Positions 20,750 to 30,007 of a stretch of 64,000 bases of DNA are shown one piece after another. Positions within the stretch are counted from its first letter, which is position 1. Every line of letters begins with the position of its first letter. The DNA comes from Elusimicrobiota bacterium (GTDB lineage: Bacteria; Elusimicrobiota; JBDRON01). The notes beneath the pieces were generated by a model, which saw only the letters and a list, made by a program, of their open reading frames with translations, was not told where the DNA came from and did not search any database. Location: assembly GCA_043810025.1 (NCBI GenBank), contig JBDRON010000102.1, positions 4,634-68,633 on the forward strand. The letters are read 5' to 3'. Position numbers and translations under genes: made by a program.

Positions 20750-22375
20750 TTGAAGATGGAGAAGAAAAAAGAGTATCAGAGCTGGCTGGGGATGGCTGGG
20801 CTGGTTCTATTCGGGATATTTCTGGTCAGCTTGCTTTTTGTGGAGAAGATGGGTTTGTTTTGGGGTGGTATCGGCCTGTTGGGGGGAATACTGCTGGTTG
20901 TTTATCTGATTTTGCATAGCCAGGATCTGAAAAATATTCTTCAGGGGCGGGCGATTTTGTTGGGGACCAACGCTGTGGTCTTGAGCTTGGCGGTGCTGGG
21001 GGTATTAATTTTTTTAGGGGTAATCCTCACCCGCCATCCCTGGAGTTATGATACGACGAAGGTAAAGTTTTATACTCTATCCGAGCAGACTAAACAAACC
21101 TTAAAAAAATTGCCGGAGAAAGTTAAGTTTACCACTTTTTTTAAAAAAGGTTTAATCCAGGAAATGCAGGTCAAAGATTTGCTGAAAGAATATAAAAAAA
21201 TCGCTCCGGAGAAAGTGGAGCTGGAGTTTGTTGATCCTGACCAGAATATTAGTTTAGCTAAACGCTATAATATTAACGCCTATAACACCACTGTTCTGGA
21301 ATGCGGAGCTAACCGCAAGGATATAACGGAACGAGAGGTTTTTGTTTATTCCGCGCAAGGATATAACTATGGGCAGCAGCCGAAGACGGAATTTAACGGT
21401 GAACAGGCTTTTACCAGCGCCCTTCAGAATGTGATCGGTCAGGAGAAAAAAACAATTTGTTTTATGGAAGGGCACGGTGAACGCAGTATCGCTTCCGCCA
21501 ACACCGAACGCGAAGGGATTAGTCAATTAAAGGTTCAACTGGAGAAAGAAAACTATACGGTTAAAAGTTTTAATGTCTTAATTGAAGGCGAGATCCCGGC
21601 GGATTGCAGTGTTTTAGCGGTGGCCGGCCCCAAAGGGGCGCTGGGAGAAAAAGAAGTTCAACTGATTGATCAATATTTAAACAACAGCGGTAGGGCGATA
21701 TTTCTTTTGGAGCCGTTGGCTGATTCCGGGCTGAGTAAGGCGGCTGGAGATTGGGGAATTAAAATTGATGATGATTTTGTTCTTGATCCGGCCAGTTGTT
21801 ATTTTTTTGACGCGGCTTCACCGATCCCGGCTTATGTTGATCACGAAATTACCTCTCTGCTGCGCAAAGAGGGCGCGGCGGCGGTATTTTCTTCAGCGAG
21901 AAGCGTTAGAGAAGGGGAAAAGAAAAAAGAAGGAGCGGTTGTCCGGACAATTTTGGAAACCAGCCGGCAAGGCTGGGGGGAAACAAATTTGACGACGAAA
22001 GAGTCTAAATACGATTCGGCCTCCGATATCGCCGGCCCGCTGTCGCTGGCGGTTGCCGCGCAGTGGGAGATCCCCCGTAGCACGACCACACCGGAGATGC
22101 CGAAAGAAGCCCGCTTGGTAATTTTTGGCGATTCCGATTTTGTTTCCAATAAAATGATTTCAATTCGAGGCAACATTGATCTTTTCCTGAATTCAGTAAA
22201 ATGGTTGATCGGCCAAAAAGAAGGAATTACCATCCGGCCGAAATCGCCGGATATTCGCACCGTCTATCTTTCTAAACTGCAGGCCAAAGTAGTATTTTAT
22301 GTCTCGATCTTCCTGATTCCTCTGGGAATATTACTGGTCGGCGGAATTGTTTTCTGGCGCCGAAGATCGCTGTAA
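20750..22375 (+). CDS. GldG-family ABC auxiliary/periplasmic component
   Basis: YDTTKVKFYTLSEQT, EFVDPD, GHGE, RLVIFGDSDF, NIDLFLNSVKWL, C-terminal TM plus WRRR. Confidence 0.88.
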   Translation: MKMEKKKEYQSWLGMAGLVLFGIFLVSLLFVEKMGLFWGGIGLLGGILLVVYLILHSQDLKNILQGRAILLGTNAVVLSLAVLGVLIFLGVILTRHPWSYDTTKVKFYTLSEQTKQTLKKLPEKVKFTTFFKKGLIQEMQVKDLLKEYKKIAPEKVELEFVDPDQNISLAKRYNINAYNTTVLECGANRKDITEREVFVYSAQGYNYGQQPKTEFNGEQAFTSALQNVIGQEKKTICFMEGHGERSIASANTEREGISQLKVQLEKENYTVKSFNVLIEGEIPADCSVLAVAGPKGALGEKEVQLIDQYLNNSGRAIFLLEPLADSGLSKAAGDWGIKIDDDFVLDPASCYFFDAASPIPAYVDHEITSLLRKEGAAAVFSSARSVREGEKKKEGAVVRTILETSRQGWGETNLTTKESKYDSASDIAGPLSLAVAAQWEIPRSTTTPEMPKEARLVIFGDSDFVSNKMISIRGNIDLFLNSVKWLIGQKEGITIRPKSPDIRTVYLSKLQAKVVFYVSIFLIPLGILLVGGIVFWRRRSL

Positions 22376-22460
22376 AAAAAATAGACAAAAACAATCTTAT
22401 CACCGAATGCTTTTATCGGGTATATAGTTTTCAGGAAATTTGTTTATTAGGAGGAGATTG

Positions 22461-22880
22461 ATGATGAATTATTTTCAGATATTTTTTGGCGGTTTTATCG
22501 CTTCTTTGGCGTGGTTCTTAGCAGGCAGCGCTTTGTATCTGAATCCGTTGGTGGCAAGAATATACAAAAACGCTGAAAACTCGCCAGGATTAAAAAGATG
22601 GTCAAATATTCCCAAATATATTGCTCTTCAGTATGTTGGGATAGCAGTTCAATGTTTGTTATGGGCTTTTGTTTTTGCTTTGGTAAAACCTGCTCTTCCT
22701 GAAAAACTCATGATTAGAGGCCTTCTTTTTGGACTTATTCTTCTTCTCCTGAAAATTGTCCCCAGATTTATTGACATGTGGATTCAATCAACGTATCCGA
22801 ACAAATTACTTTTTGTAGAATTCGTTAATGGAACAATCGGCAGTTTTATAATCGGCGTGGCACTCGCCTATACCATTTAG
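22461..22880 (+). CDS. Small 4-TM membrane protein (DUF1761-like)
   Basis: SD aggagg; four hydrophobic segments; family call tentative. Confidence 0.6.
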   Translation: MMNYFQIFFGGFIASLAWFLAGSALYLNPLVARIYKNAENSPGLKRWSNIPKYIALQYVGIAVQCLLWAFVFALVKPALPEKLMIRGLLFGLILLLLKIVPRFIDMWIQSTYPNKLLFVEFVNGTIGSFIIGVALAYTI

Positions 22881-22901
22881 TATTCGGTCTAAAAAAATTA
22901 C

Positions 22902-23498
22902 TCAGCGTATATTCGCTCCGGCTTTTTTCATTTCTTCTATTGCGGCTTCGCTGTCGCCGGATTGGATATTTACGCCGCGGCAGGCTTCTTTGATTACTGT
23001 GGTCTTAAACCCCAGACGCAGCGCATCGAGGACAGTAAACTTCACGCAATAATCGGTAGCCAAACCAGCTATATAAACATCAGTCACTCCCTGGTTTTTT
23101 AGATAGTCGCCAAGTCCGGTGGCGTTTTTGCGGCCGTTGTCAAAAAAGCCGCTGTAACTGTCCACAGTTTTATCCATACCTTTGCGAAAAACTTTTATCC
23201 CCTTCATCTCCAGAGTGGAGACAAACTCTGCTCCCCGGGTATTCTCTACACAGTGCTCCGGCCAAAGAATCTGCGATAAACCGTTTAAATCAATAACTTC
23301 GCCGATTTTTTTTCCGGGATGGTTGCCGGCAAAACTGCCGTGATTTTGCGGATGCCAATCTTGTGTGGCTGCCACGAGGTCAAATTTTTTCTGTAATTGG
23401 TTGATTACCGGCACAACCTTATCCCCCTCCGGCGCCGCTAAAGCCCCTCCCGGACAAAAATCGTTTTGCACATCAATGATGATCAAAACTTTTTCCAT
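22902..23498 (-). CDS. pncA: Nicotinamidase/pyrazinamidase
   Basis: IIDVQNDFCPGGAL, DWHP, WPEHCV, GLATDYCV; SD gggagg supports start 23498. Confidence 0.95.
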   Translation of the reverse strand: MEKVLIIIDVQNDFCPGGALAAPEGDKVVPVINQLQKKFDLVAATQDWHPQNHGSFAGNHPGKKIGEVIDLNGLSQILWPEHCVENTRGAEFVSTLEMKGIKVFRKGMDKTVDSYSGFFDNGRKNATGLGDYLKNQGVTDVYIAGLATDYCVKFTVLDALRLGFKTTVIKEACRGVNIQSGDSEAAIEEMKKAGANIR

Positions 23499-23569
23499 TG
23501 CTCGCCTCCCTTCTTTTTCCGGTAATGTCAAAAATCTTTTCCCTCTCCCCTCGCGCCTTTTCCATTCAG

Positions 23570-25042
23570 TCAAACCGTAACATCCCGTGTTTTGAGAATG
23601 AGATCTGTTTTCAAGGCGTATAAAGATTTTTCCAGACCGACCGGATATTGATGCGGATTAATAAACCGTTTAATTCCGCTATGAAATTGGGCAAGGTTTT
23701 TTTGGGCGTTAACTTTGATCTCCTCTATGCCGGGTTGTGGATACAGCCGCCGGCCTTCTCTAAATATCGGCACGAGCAAATCTGTTCCCGGCGTATCAGC
23801 CGGTATCCGTTTCTGACGGGTCGGATCAAGAGGATCAATGATCAGGCAGCCCGCTTTTAAATCGGTCTCTTTATGGTAAATAACATCGGCAACCGCCTCA
23901 CCCTGACGAACATACCGGCGCACCTGCTGAATACCCGGATTGGAAATTTTTACCGCTTGCTCGGAAAGTTTTACCTTGTATTTCCATTCACCGGGCGACT
24001 GACGCACCGCCGAAAGTTTGTATACCCCGCCTAACGCCGGCTGATTGTAGGCGGTGATCAGTTTTGTGCCGACACCCCAAACATCGATTTTTGCGCCCTG
24101 ATCTTTGAGGCTGGCGATAATATTTTCATCGAGATCGTTGCTGGCCACAATCTTCGCCTGGGAAAATCCTTCCTTATCCAGCAGTTTGCGGGCTTCACTG
24201 CTTAAATACGCCAGGTCGCCGGAATCAAGCCGGATACCACCCAGCTCATAACCTTTTTGCCGCAAGCGATTACCGATCTCTATCGCCCGACGCACCCCCT
24301 CCAAAGTATCGTAGGTATCCACTAAAAACACACAATTATTGGGTATAGCTTTGGCGTATTCCTCAAAAGCTTCGAGTTCATTATCGAAACTCATCACCCA
24401 GCTATGGGCGTGTGTCCCTTTAACGGGAATGCCGAAAACTTTTCCGGCCAAAACATTGGATGTCGCGCTGCAACCGCCGATATAAGCCGCTCGCGAGGCG
24501 GCCAGTGAACCGTCTATACCCTGGGCCCGCCGCAAACCGAACTCCAACACCGGCTCGCCGCCGGCGGCAAGACAGATCCGGCTGGCTTTAGTAGCGATGA
24601 GTGTTTGAAAATTGATTATATTCAAAAGAGCTGTTTCCAGAATTTGGCATTGAATAATCGGTCCCTGCACGCGGACTAAAGGTTCGTGCGGAAAAACAAT
24701 CGTTCCCTCGGGAACAGCGTCAATATTGCCGGCAAACTGAAGATTGGCCAAATAATCCAAAAATTCCTGATTAAAGATCGCTTTATCATCGTTACCTTTG
24801 ATTGTCTGCAGATAATTGATATCGCTTTTATCCAAATGAAAATTGTTTAAATAATCGATTACATACTCCAAACCGCAAGCAATCGTAAATCCGCTATTAA
24901 AAGGGTTTTTGCGGAAAAACAAATGGAAAACCGCTTCTTTTTGACTAACCCCGGATTTCCAATAAGCATAAGCCATGGTCAATTCATAAAAATCGGTCAA
25001 CAAAGCCAATGATTGATTATAAGGAAGAACACTGTATCCCAT
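23570..25042 (-). CDS. pncB: Nicotinate phosphoribosyltransferase
   Basis: LLTDFYELTM, EFGLRRAQG, GTHAHSW, LVDTYD, GIRLDSGD; SD ggaggtg supports start 25042. Confidence 0.95.
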   Translation of the reverse strand: MGYSVLPYNQSLALLTDFYELTMAYAYWKSGVSQKEAVFHLFFRKNPFNSGFTIACGLEYVIDYLNNFHLDKSDINYLQTIKGNDDKAIFNQEFLDYLANLQFAGNIDAVPEGTIVFPHEPLVRVQGPIIQCQILETALLNIINFQTLIATKASRICLAAGGEPVLEFGLRRAQGIDGSLAASRAAYIGGCSATSNVLAGKVFGIPVKGTHAHSWVMSFDNELEAFEEYAKAIPNNCVFLVDTYDTLEGVRRAIEIGNRLRQKGYELGGIRLDSGDLAYLSSEARKLLDKEGFSQAKIVASNDLDENIIASLKDQGAKIDVWGVGTKLITAYNQPALGGVYKLSAVRQSPGEWKYKVKLSEQAVKISNPGIQQVRRYVRQGEAVADVIYHKETDLKAGCLIIDPLDPTRQKRIPADTPGTDLLVPIFREGRRLYPQPGIEEIKVNAQKNLAQFHSGIKRFINPHQYPVGLEKSLYALKTDLILKTRDVTV

Positions 25043-25118
25043 CCACACCTCCGTCTCGATTACTAAAATTAAACCGTCAGCCAAAATATGACTGCCGGAA
25101 ACGTTAGCCTTTATGTGG

Positions 25119-25211
25119 AATATAAACTAATAAGAAAAAGATGTCAAGTTTTTTTCACCATGCCGGAAAGTCAAATTATATTTGACATTAACTTAATGAC
25201 CATGATAAAAT
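25119..25211. promoter_or_regulatory. Divergent sigma70 promoters with a 7-3-7 dyad
   Basis: Minus strand TTGACA (25142-47), 17 nt, TATATT (25119-24); plus strand TTGACA 25182-87, TGaTAAAAT to 25211; GTCAAAT-tat-ATTTGAC at 25170-86. Confidence 0.6.
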
Positions 25212-25218
25212 CAAGTTA

Positions 25219-25242
25219 AGACCGCCAAAAAGCCGGCGGTCT
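25219..25242. other. GC-rich hairpin in the leader of the ABC-2 permease
   Basis: AGACCGCC-aaaaagcc-GGCGGTCT. Confidence 0.45.
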
Positions 25243-25279
25243 GACTTTACCTTAAATAATAAGTATTTATTGTTGATTT

Positions 25280-25397
25280 TGTAGGGCAAGCCTTTAGGCT
25301 TGCGTCTTTAAAACCGCAGGGCTAAAGCCCTGCCCTACATCATCGTAGTTGCCCCATTTATGGGGCGCCTTAAAGCGCCGATAAATCGACAAACTAC
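25280..25397. repeat. Two tandem GTAG REP doublets
   Basis: 25280-25339 copy of the 10576 element, then gtagttgccccatttatggggcg...ataaatcgacaaactac. Confidence 0.8.
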
Positions 25398-25453
25398 AAA
25401 ATCAAAGGCAAATTAGCTTGCCGTGACAAACATTGAAATTTCTTTGACCGCCC

Positions 25454-26554
25454 ATGAGAAGAGTCTTCCAGTTGTTTAAAAAAGAATTTTTGCAGTTGAA
25501 AAGAGACAAACGCTCTTTGGCTTTTTTTATGCTGATGCCGGCGGTTTGGCTGGTGGTTTTTGGCTACGCCCTGACTTCCGATATCAAACATATCCCCACC
25601 GCGGTTTTTGATGAAGACGGTCATTTTTTAAGCCGCGAACTGGTGGCCGTTTTTCAGAATTCAGAATATTTCGATATTCAGTATCAGGTAACCTCAGAAG
25701 AAAAAATCAGCTATCTGCTGGATAAAGGCCAGGTTAAAGTCGGGTTAATTATCCCCGGTAATTTTTCCCGGAATTGTTTAGCCTTAAAAGGCGCGCAGGT
25801 GCAAATTTTAATTGATGGTTCGGATCCCAACACGGCCGGCTCGGCGCTCAATGTGGGCAACGCCTGCGTGAAATTTCTTGCCGAACAGATTTCCGGACAG
25901 ATCAAGATCCAGCCGATCGAAGTCCAGCCGCGGATCTGGTATAACCCGGAGCTGCGCAGCGCCAATTTTATGATTCCTGGTTTGATCGGTTTGATTTTGC
26001 AGATGTTAATTCCGATCATGACCGGGGTGGGGATAGTTAAAGAAAGGGAGCGGGGAACCATTGAGCAGTTGATCACCACCCCGATCAAAGCCTGGGAGTT
26101 GATTTTGGGTAAACTCCTGCCCTACATGACCATCGCGATCGTCGTGGTCGCGGTGGTGACGCTGGTGGGCGTAGAAGTTTTTATGGTCCCAATTAAAGGG
26201 AACATTTTTTTCTTCGCTTTAGTTGTTTGTCTATTTCTTCTGCTTTGTTTAAGTCTGGGTCTGTTTTTTTCCACGATCGCCCAGAATCAACTGCAAGCCT
26301 TCCAGATGGTCGTGTTGACCGGTGTTCCCTCCATTCTTCTATCCGGACTACTCTTTCCCCGGGAAGCGATGCCCAAAATCATCTATTATCTCGGCTATCT
26401 GTTGCCGCTGACTTATTTTATCAATTTGGTCCGCGGCATATTTTTGAAAGGACTCGGTCTGTTTTACCTCTGGGATTCCCTGCTGGTTCTCTTGATCTTC
26501 GAAATAATCCTAATGACCCTAAGCATAAAAAAATTTAAAAAGAAACTCGGCTAA
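25454..26554 (+). CDS. ABC-2 type permease (YbhR/YbhS-like)
   Basis: KKEFLQLKRD, IDGSDPN, RIWYNP, KERERGTIEQLITTP; no adjacent ATPase. Confidence 0.88.
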   Translation: MRRVFQLFKKEFLQLKRDKRSLAFFMLMPAVWLVVFGYALTSDIKHIPTAVFDEDGHFLSRELVAVFQNSEYFDIQYQVTSEEKISYLLDKGQVKVGLIIPGNFSRNCLALKGAQVQILIDGSDPNTAGSALNVGNACVKFLAEQISGQIKIQPIEVQPRIWYNPELRSANFMIPGLIGLILQMLIPIMTGVGIVKERERGTIEQLITTPIKAWELILGKLLPYMTIAIVVVAVVTLVGVEVFMVPIKGNIFFFALVVCLFLLLCLSLGLFFSTIAQNQLQAFQMVVLTGVPSILLSGLLFPREAMPKIIYYLGYLLPLTYFINLVRGIFLKGLGLFYLWDSLLVLLIFEIILMTLSIKKFKKKLG

Positions 26555-26607
26555 AACGAAACTGGGGTCAGGTCTTGCAATGCAACATTTCTCCTTAACT
26601 ACTTTGC

Positions 26608-26667
26608 AATTTTGTTCCAATTATTATTTTATTTGCTATAATGTGGGATATTTGCTATAATGCGGGA
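26608..26667 (+). repeat. Left 41-bp direct repeat plus 19-bp tandem duplication containing an extended -10 (TGCTATAAT)
   Basis: aattttgttccaattattattttatttgctataatgtggga (26608-26648) identical to 33135-33175. Confidence 0.9.
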
Positions 26668-26699
26668 GATGAAAAAAAAATTCTGCGAGGAGGGGTAAG

Positions 26700-27485
26700 A
26701 TGTTTAATACCAGACTGTTTGTTGTCGTAATTTTGGCCTTCTTTATTTTTGGAGGTTGTGGGAAGAAAACAGAGAAGTTGGAAATTAGAAATCACTATAG
26801 TCAGGGCAGGATTGATAATCTTTCTGCTCAGGAATTAGAGTTGGAGAAAACCATCAGGGAAGCCTCCAAACTTCCTGCGGCGATAGAATATGCCAAAGGG
26901 ATGTTCGAGGCTGCTTATCTTATTGCTGAAGAACATAGAGATCTTGGCTTTACTGTATATTTTAAAGATCAGGAATTGATCGTTGAACGAGGTCTTAAGA
27001 CATCGCTGGAACCAACTTTAGTTGTACCTCTGTCTGACCAGGGAATTTTTAATGCAAAATTATTTTTTGATGACGGGATGATTAATGAACAAGAAGAGTT
27101 CCTGATTGTTAATGCCACTTTTAAACCTGCCTGGGAAGCCTCGTATCGAATAACGGAGATGCAAAATTACGGGATCAGAAAATTAATGAAATTAGATGGG
27201 CTGATGCATGTGGTTTTATTGAATGAGAAAAATTATGAATTTAAGGGTAAAGTAGTGAAGAATGAATTATCCGTATTAAGGCTCAGTAATCAATGGCTTG
27301 TTTTTAATGGTTTGGAGGGGATAGCCGATGTGAGAATGGAGATAACGCCTAAACATTCGATCGCCATGTATAAATTGATCATGAATGATCTTAAAAAGTC
27401 CCAATCTTTAGCAGAAAAAATGAAGATACTGAAAAAATTTCAGGAAATTAGAAACAGATGCCTGGTAAAAAAATCTCTAATATAA
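26700..27485 (+). CDS. Hypothetical lipoprotein
   Basis: Hydrophobic signal plus IFGG|C lipobox; SD gaggagg. Confidence 0.7.
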   Translation: MFNTRLFVVVILAFFIFGGCGKKTEKLEIRNHYSQGRIDNLSAQELELEKTIREASKLPAAIEYAKGMFEAAYLIAEEHRDLGFTVYFKDQELIVERGLKTSLEPTLVVPLSDQGIFNAKLFFDDGMINEQEEFLIVNATFKPAWEASYRITEMQNYGIRKLMKLDGLMHVVLLNEKNYEFKGKVVKNELSVLRLSNQWLVFNGLEGIADVRMEITPKHSIAMYKLIMNDLKKSQSLAEKMKILKKFQEIRNRCLVKKSLI

Positions 27486-27489
27486 ATCA

Positions 27490-28344
27490 ATGTTTATCCT
27501 TCAGATGGTTGATTCTTTACGTTTAGGGAAAATATTTTCCATCCTACTCGGAATAATCACCATCTCCTTGTATTCTTACGGATCTGTCCATAGCCTGACT
27601 GTCGAATCGATATTGCTAAATTTGATCATCAGTTTAGCGTCTTTATTTTTTCTTCTTTCCGCGGGTTATTTGATGAACGATTACTGCGATATCCAATATG
27701 ACTTAATTAATAAACCGGAGAAAGTTTATCTTACACGATTCGTCTCCCGGAAGTTGGCGCGCTATATTTCCGGAATATTTTTTGTTGTTGGCCTATTAAT
27801 CGCGGCAGCGGTGAACAGATATTTTTTTATCTGGTATATTTTCGACACATTGGGATTAATTTTTTATAATTTGCAGGGGAAAAAGTTCTATTACTTGAAA
27901 AGCGTGCTTGTTTCTTTATTAGTTGTGTCCATTTATCCGCTTTCCCTGGCTTTAACTTCTAATGGTTTTGATTCACCGCGCCGGGACTCGCTATTGATTT
28001 TCCCGTTCTGGCTTTTTCTGACGATTTTTGCTTTTGAATTAATGCAGGATATCAAAGATTTTGCCGGCGATCAGATGTATCAGGCAAAGACTTTACCGGT
28101 GAAGATAGGGATTTTTAAAACCAGAAACTTAGCCACAATCTCAGCTTTGGCGGCAATTCCGGTGGCTTTTCTTCCCTACTATTTTGGACAATGCGGCGGG
28201 ATCTATTTGTGGGGATATTTATTGGTCACGCCCATTTTAATTGGGACAATGTTTCTGAATAATAAAATATTTTCCTGCGGGTTATTTTTTAGCATTTTAG
28301 GCATCACGGTGGCTTCCTTATTTGATATAATGGTGATTAAATAA
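27490..28344 (+). CDS. UbiA-superfamily prenyltransferase, DGGGP-synthase-like
   Basis: MNDYCDIQYDLINKPEK and ELMQDIKDFAGD...KTLPVKIG Asp-rich motifs; about 8 TM. Confidence 0.85.
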   Translation: MFILQMVDSLRLGKIFSILLGIITISLYSYGSVHSLTVESILLNLIISLASLFFLLSAGYLMNDYCDIQYDLINKPEKVYLTRFVSRKLARYISGIFFVVGLLIAAAVNRYFFIWYIFDTLGLIFYNLQGKKFYYLKSVLVSLLVVSIYPLSLALTSNGFDSPRRDSLLIFPFWLFLTIFAFELMQDIKDFAGDQMYQAKTLPVKIGIFKTRNLATISALAAIPVAFLPYYFGQCGGIYLWGYLLVTPILIGTMFLNNKIFSCGLFFSILGITVASLFDIMVIK

Positions 28345-28346
28345 TT

Positions 28347-29558
28347 ATGAAACAGATTGCCGGATTTAATAAATATCTTTACCTGTGCAAAGCCTTCTTC
28401 AACTGGAAAATTAGGGAACTACCTTGGGAATTCATTCTCTTTATGATTAAGCAGATGCGCCATGAAAAAATTACTCTCGATGATAAAAGAATATTTATTA
28501 ACACTACTTATACCCCATTTCCTTCACCAGCCTTTGATACAGCGATTAAAACATTTGTCAGTTTATCGAAGGGTAAAGCGATTCCTTTTTCCGTTTTTAT
28601 CTCGCTTACTAACCGTTGCCCGCTGGATTGCTGGCATTGCAGTAAGGTCAGCGGAGAATCCCACGAGATCAGTTTCGAAACTCTATCCGGGTTAATCAAA
28701 CAATTGCAGCTGCTGGGTGTTTGCTGTATTGGTTTTACCGGTGGCGAGCCGGCCTTACGCGCTGATTTGGAAAAATTAATTGCCGAAGTTGATAACCGTT
28801 CCTACACACTTTTGTTCACTTCCGGTTATTTGATTAATCAAGAACGGGCCAGGGAATTGAAAAAATCGGGACTAACCGCCATCGTCGTTAGTCTGGATTC
28901 TCATCTTCCTGAAGAGCATAATCGCCTGAGAAAATCCGAGAAAGCTTTTGCTGATGCTGTGGCGGCAATAACCGGTTCTTTAACGGCCGGCATTTATACG
29001 GCAACATCCCTGGTAATTTCCCGGGAAATGCTTTATTCTGATAAAATAGATGATTATATCCGCTTTGTCTCCCAACTGGGAGTGCAGGAAATAAGAATCC
29101 TCGACCCCAAACCTTGTGGTAAATTAATGAATACTACAGGAGAAATGTTCGATGAAAATGATGCCGCTAAACTCCGGGAAGTTCAGCATCAGGTGAATCA
29201 GAACAATAAATTGGCCAAAATTATGGCGCTAAGCCAAATTAATTCTCTGGGGAACTACGGCTGCAATGCCGGACGAACCCATCTCTATATTAATGCTCAC
29301 GGCGAGGTCTGTCCTTGCGATTTTGTGCCGCTTTCCTTCGGCAACATTTTAACAGAAGATTTCCAGACAATTTATCTGAGGATGAATCAGTTTTTCCCCC
29401 GGCCGGCGTATGGTTGTATCATTTCTAAAATTCATCAACAAATTAATCAGTCGGCAAAAGGGCAATTACCGATCAAGGATTTGCCGACCATTGAAAATTT
29501 GTTAGGCCAGGTTGGACCAAGACCAGTACCAAAATTATTCGAGAAATTAGGAGGATAA
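28347..29558 (+). CDS. Radical SAM enzyme with SPASM/twitch domain
   Basis: CPLDCWHC, TGGEP, GCNAGRTHLYINAHGEVCPC. Confidence 0.9.
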   Translation: MKQIAGFNKYLYLCKAFFNWKIRELPWEFILFMIKQMRHEKITLDDKRIFINTTYTPFPSPAFDTAIKTFVSLSKGKAIPFSVFISLTNRCPLDCWHCSKVSGESHEISFETLSGLIKQLQLLGVCCIGFTGGEPALRADLEKLIAEVDNRSYTLLFTSGYLINQERARELKKSGLTAIVVSLDSHLPEEHNRLRKSEKAFADAVAAITGSLTAGIYTATSLVISREMLYSDKIDDYIRFVSQLGVQEIRILDPKPCGKLMNTTGEMFDENDAAKLREVQHQVNQNNKLAKIMALSQINSLGNYGCNAGRTHLYINAHGEVCPCDFVPLSFGNILTEDFQTIYLRMNQFFPRPAYGCIISKIHQQINQSAKGQLPIKDLPTIENLLGQVGPRPVPKLFEKLGG

Positions 29559-29559
29559 A

Positions 29560-30007
29560 ATAAGTAAAGTAAGCAGCAGGCCGATTACTTGGATTATTGC
29601 CGTTATTTCTGCAGTAGTTGGCGGTTTTATGGGAGGGTTGCTTGGCAGTATAGGCGGGGGGCATGATCCAATGGCAATGGTTCTACGTATTTCTGGTCTG
29701 ATCAGTGGTTTTGCGGTCGGTTATTATTATGTGCATTTTACTCTAAAGGATAAGACTAAAATAATTCGTAATGGTACTATTTATGGAGGTATCGCTGGTT
29801 TAGCTTTCTGGCATATCGGTTTGGATTCCGGTAATAGTAATTTCAATAGTAAGGATGTTTTTCGATAAAGATCGAACAATTGAAATTGGAACACTTGTTA
29901 GTGTCACATCTGGGGCAATCATAGGAGCATTATTCGGAGTTGTCATCGGACTTGTTTTAGGATTGGTATTATCTCTCTTTCTTGCCTTTGAGGAAAATGG
30001 TGACTGA
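29560..30007 (+). pseudogene. Frameshifted glycine-zipper membrane protein (about 148 aa if repaired)
   Basis: AGGAGG followed by ATA at 29560; open frame to TTT 29805-07; +1 frame continues SGISVWIPV...GALFGVVIGLVLGLVLSLF to TGA 30007. Confidence 0.6.

Noticed and set aside
25085-25260. NAD-sensing riboswitch upstream of pncB
   Set aside because: Leader is short and AT-rich; the only strong hairpin lies on the permease side; no recognisable aptamer consensus
26555-26590. ggggtcaggtcttgcaatgcaacattt and other REP-like remnants (22397-22421, 55722-55742)
   Set aside because: Single, incomplete copies in this window; cannot be supported as features without a genome-wide search
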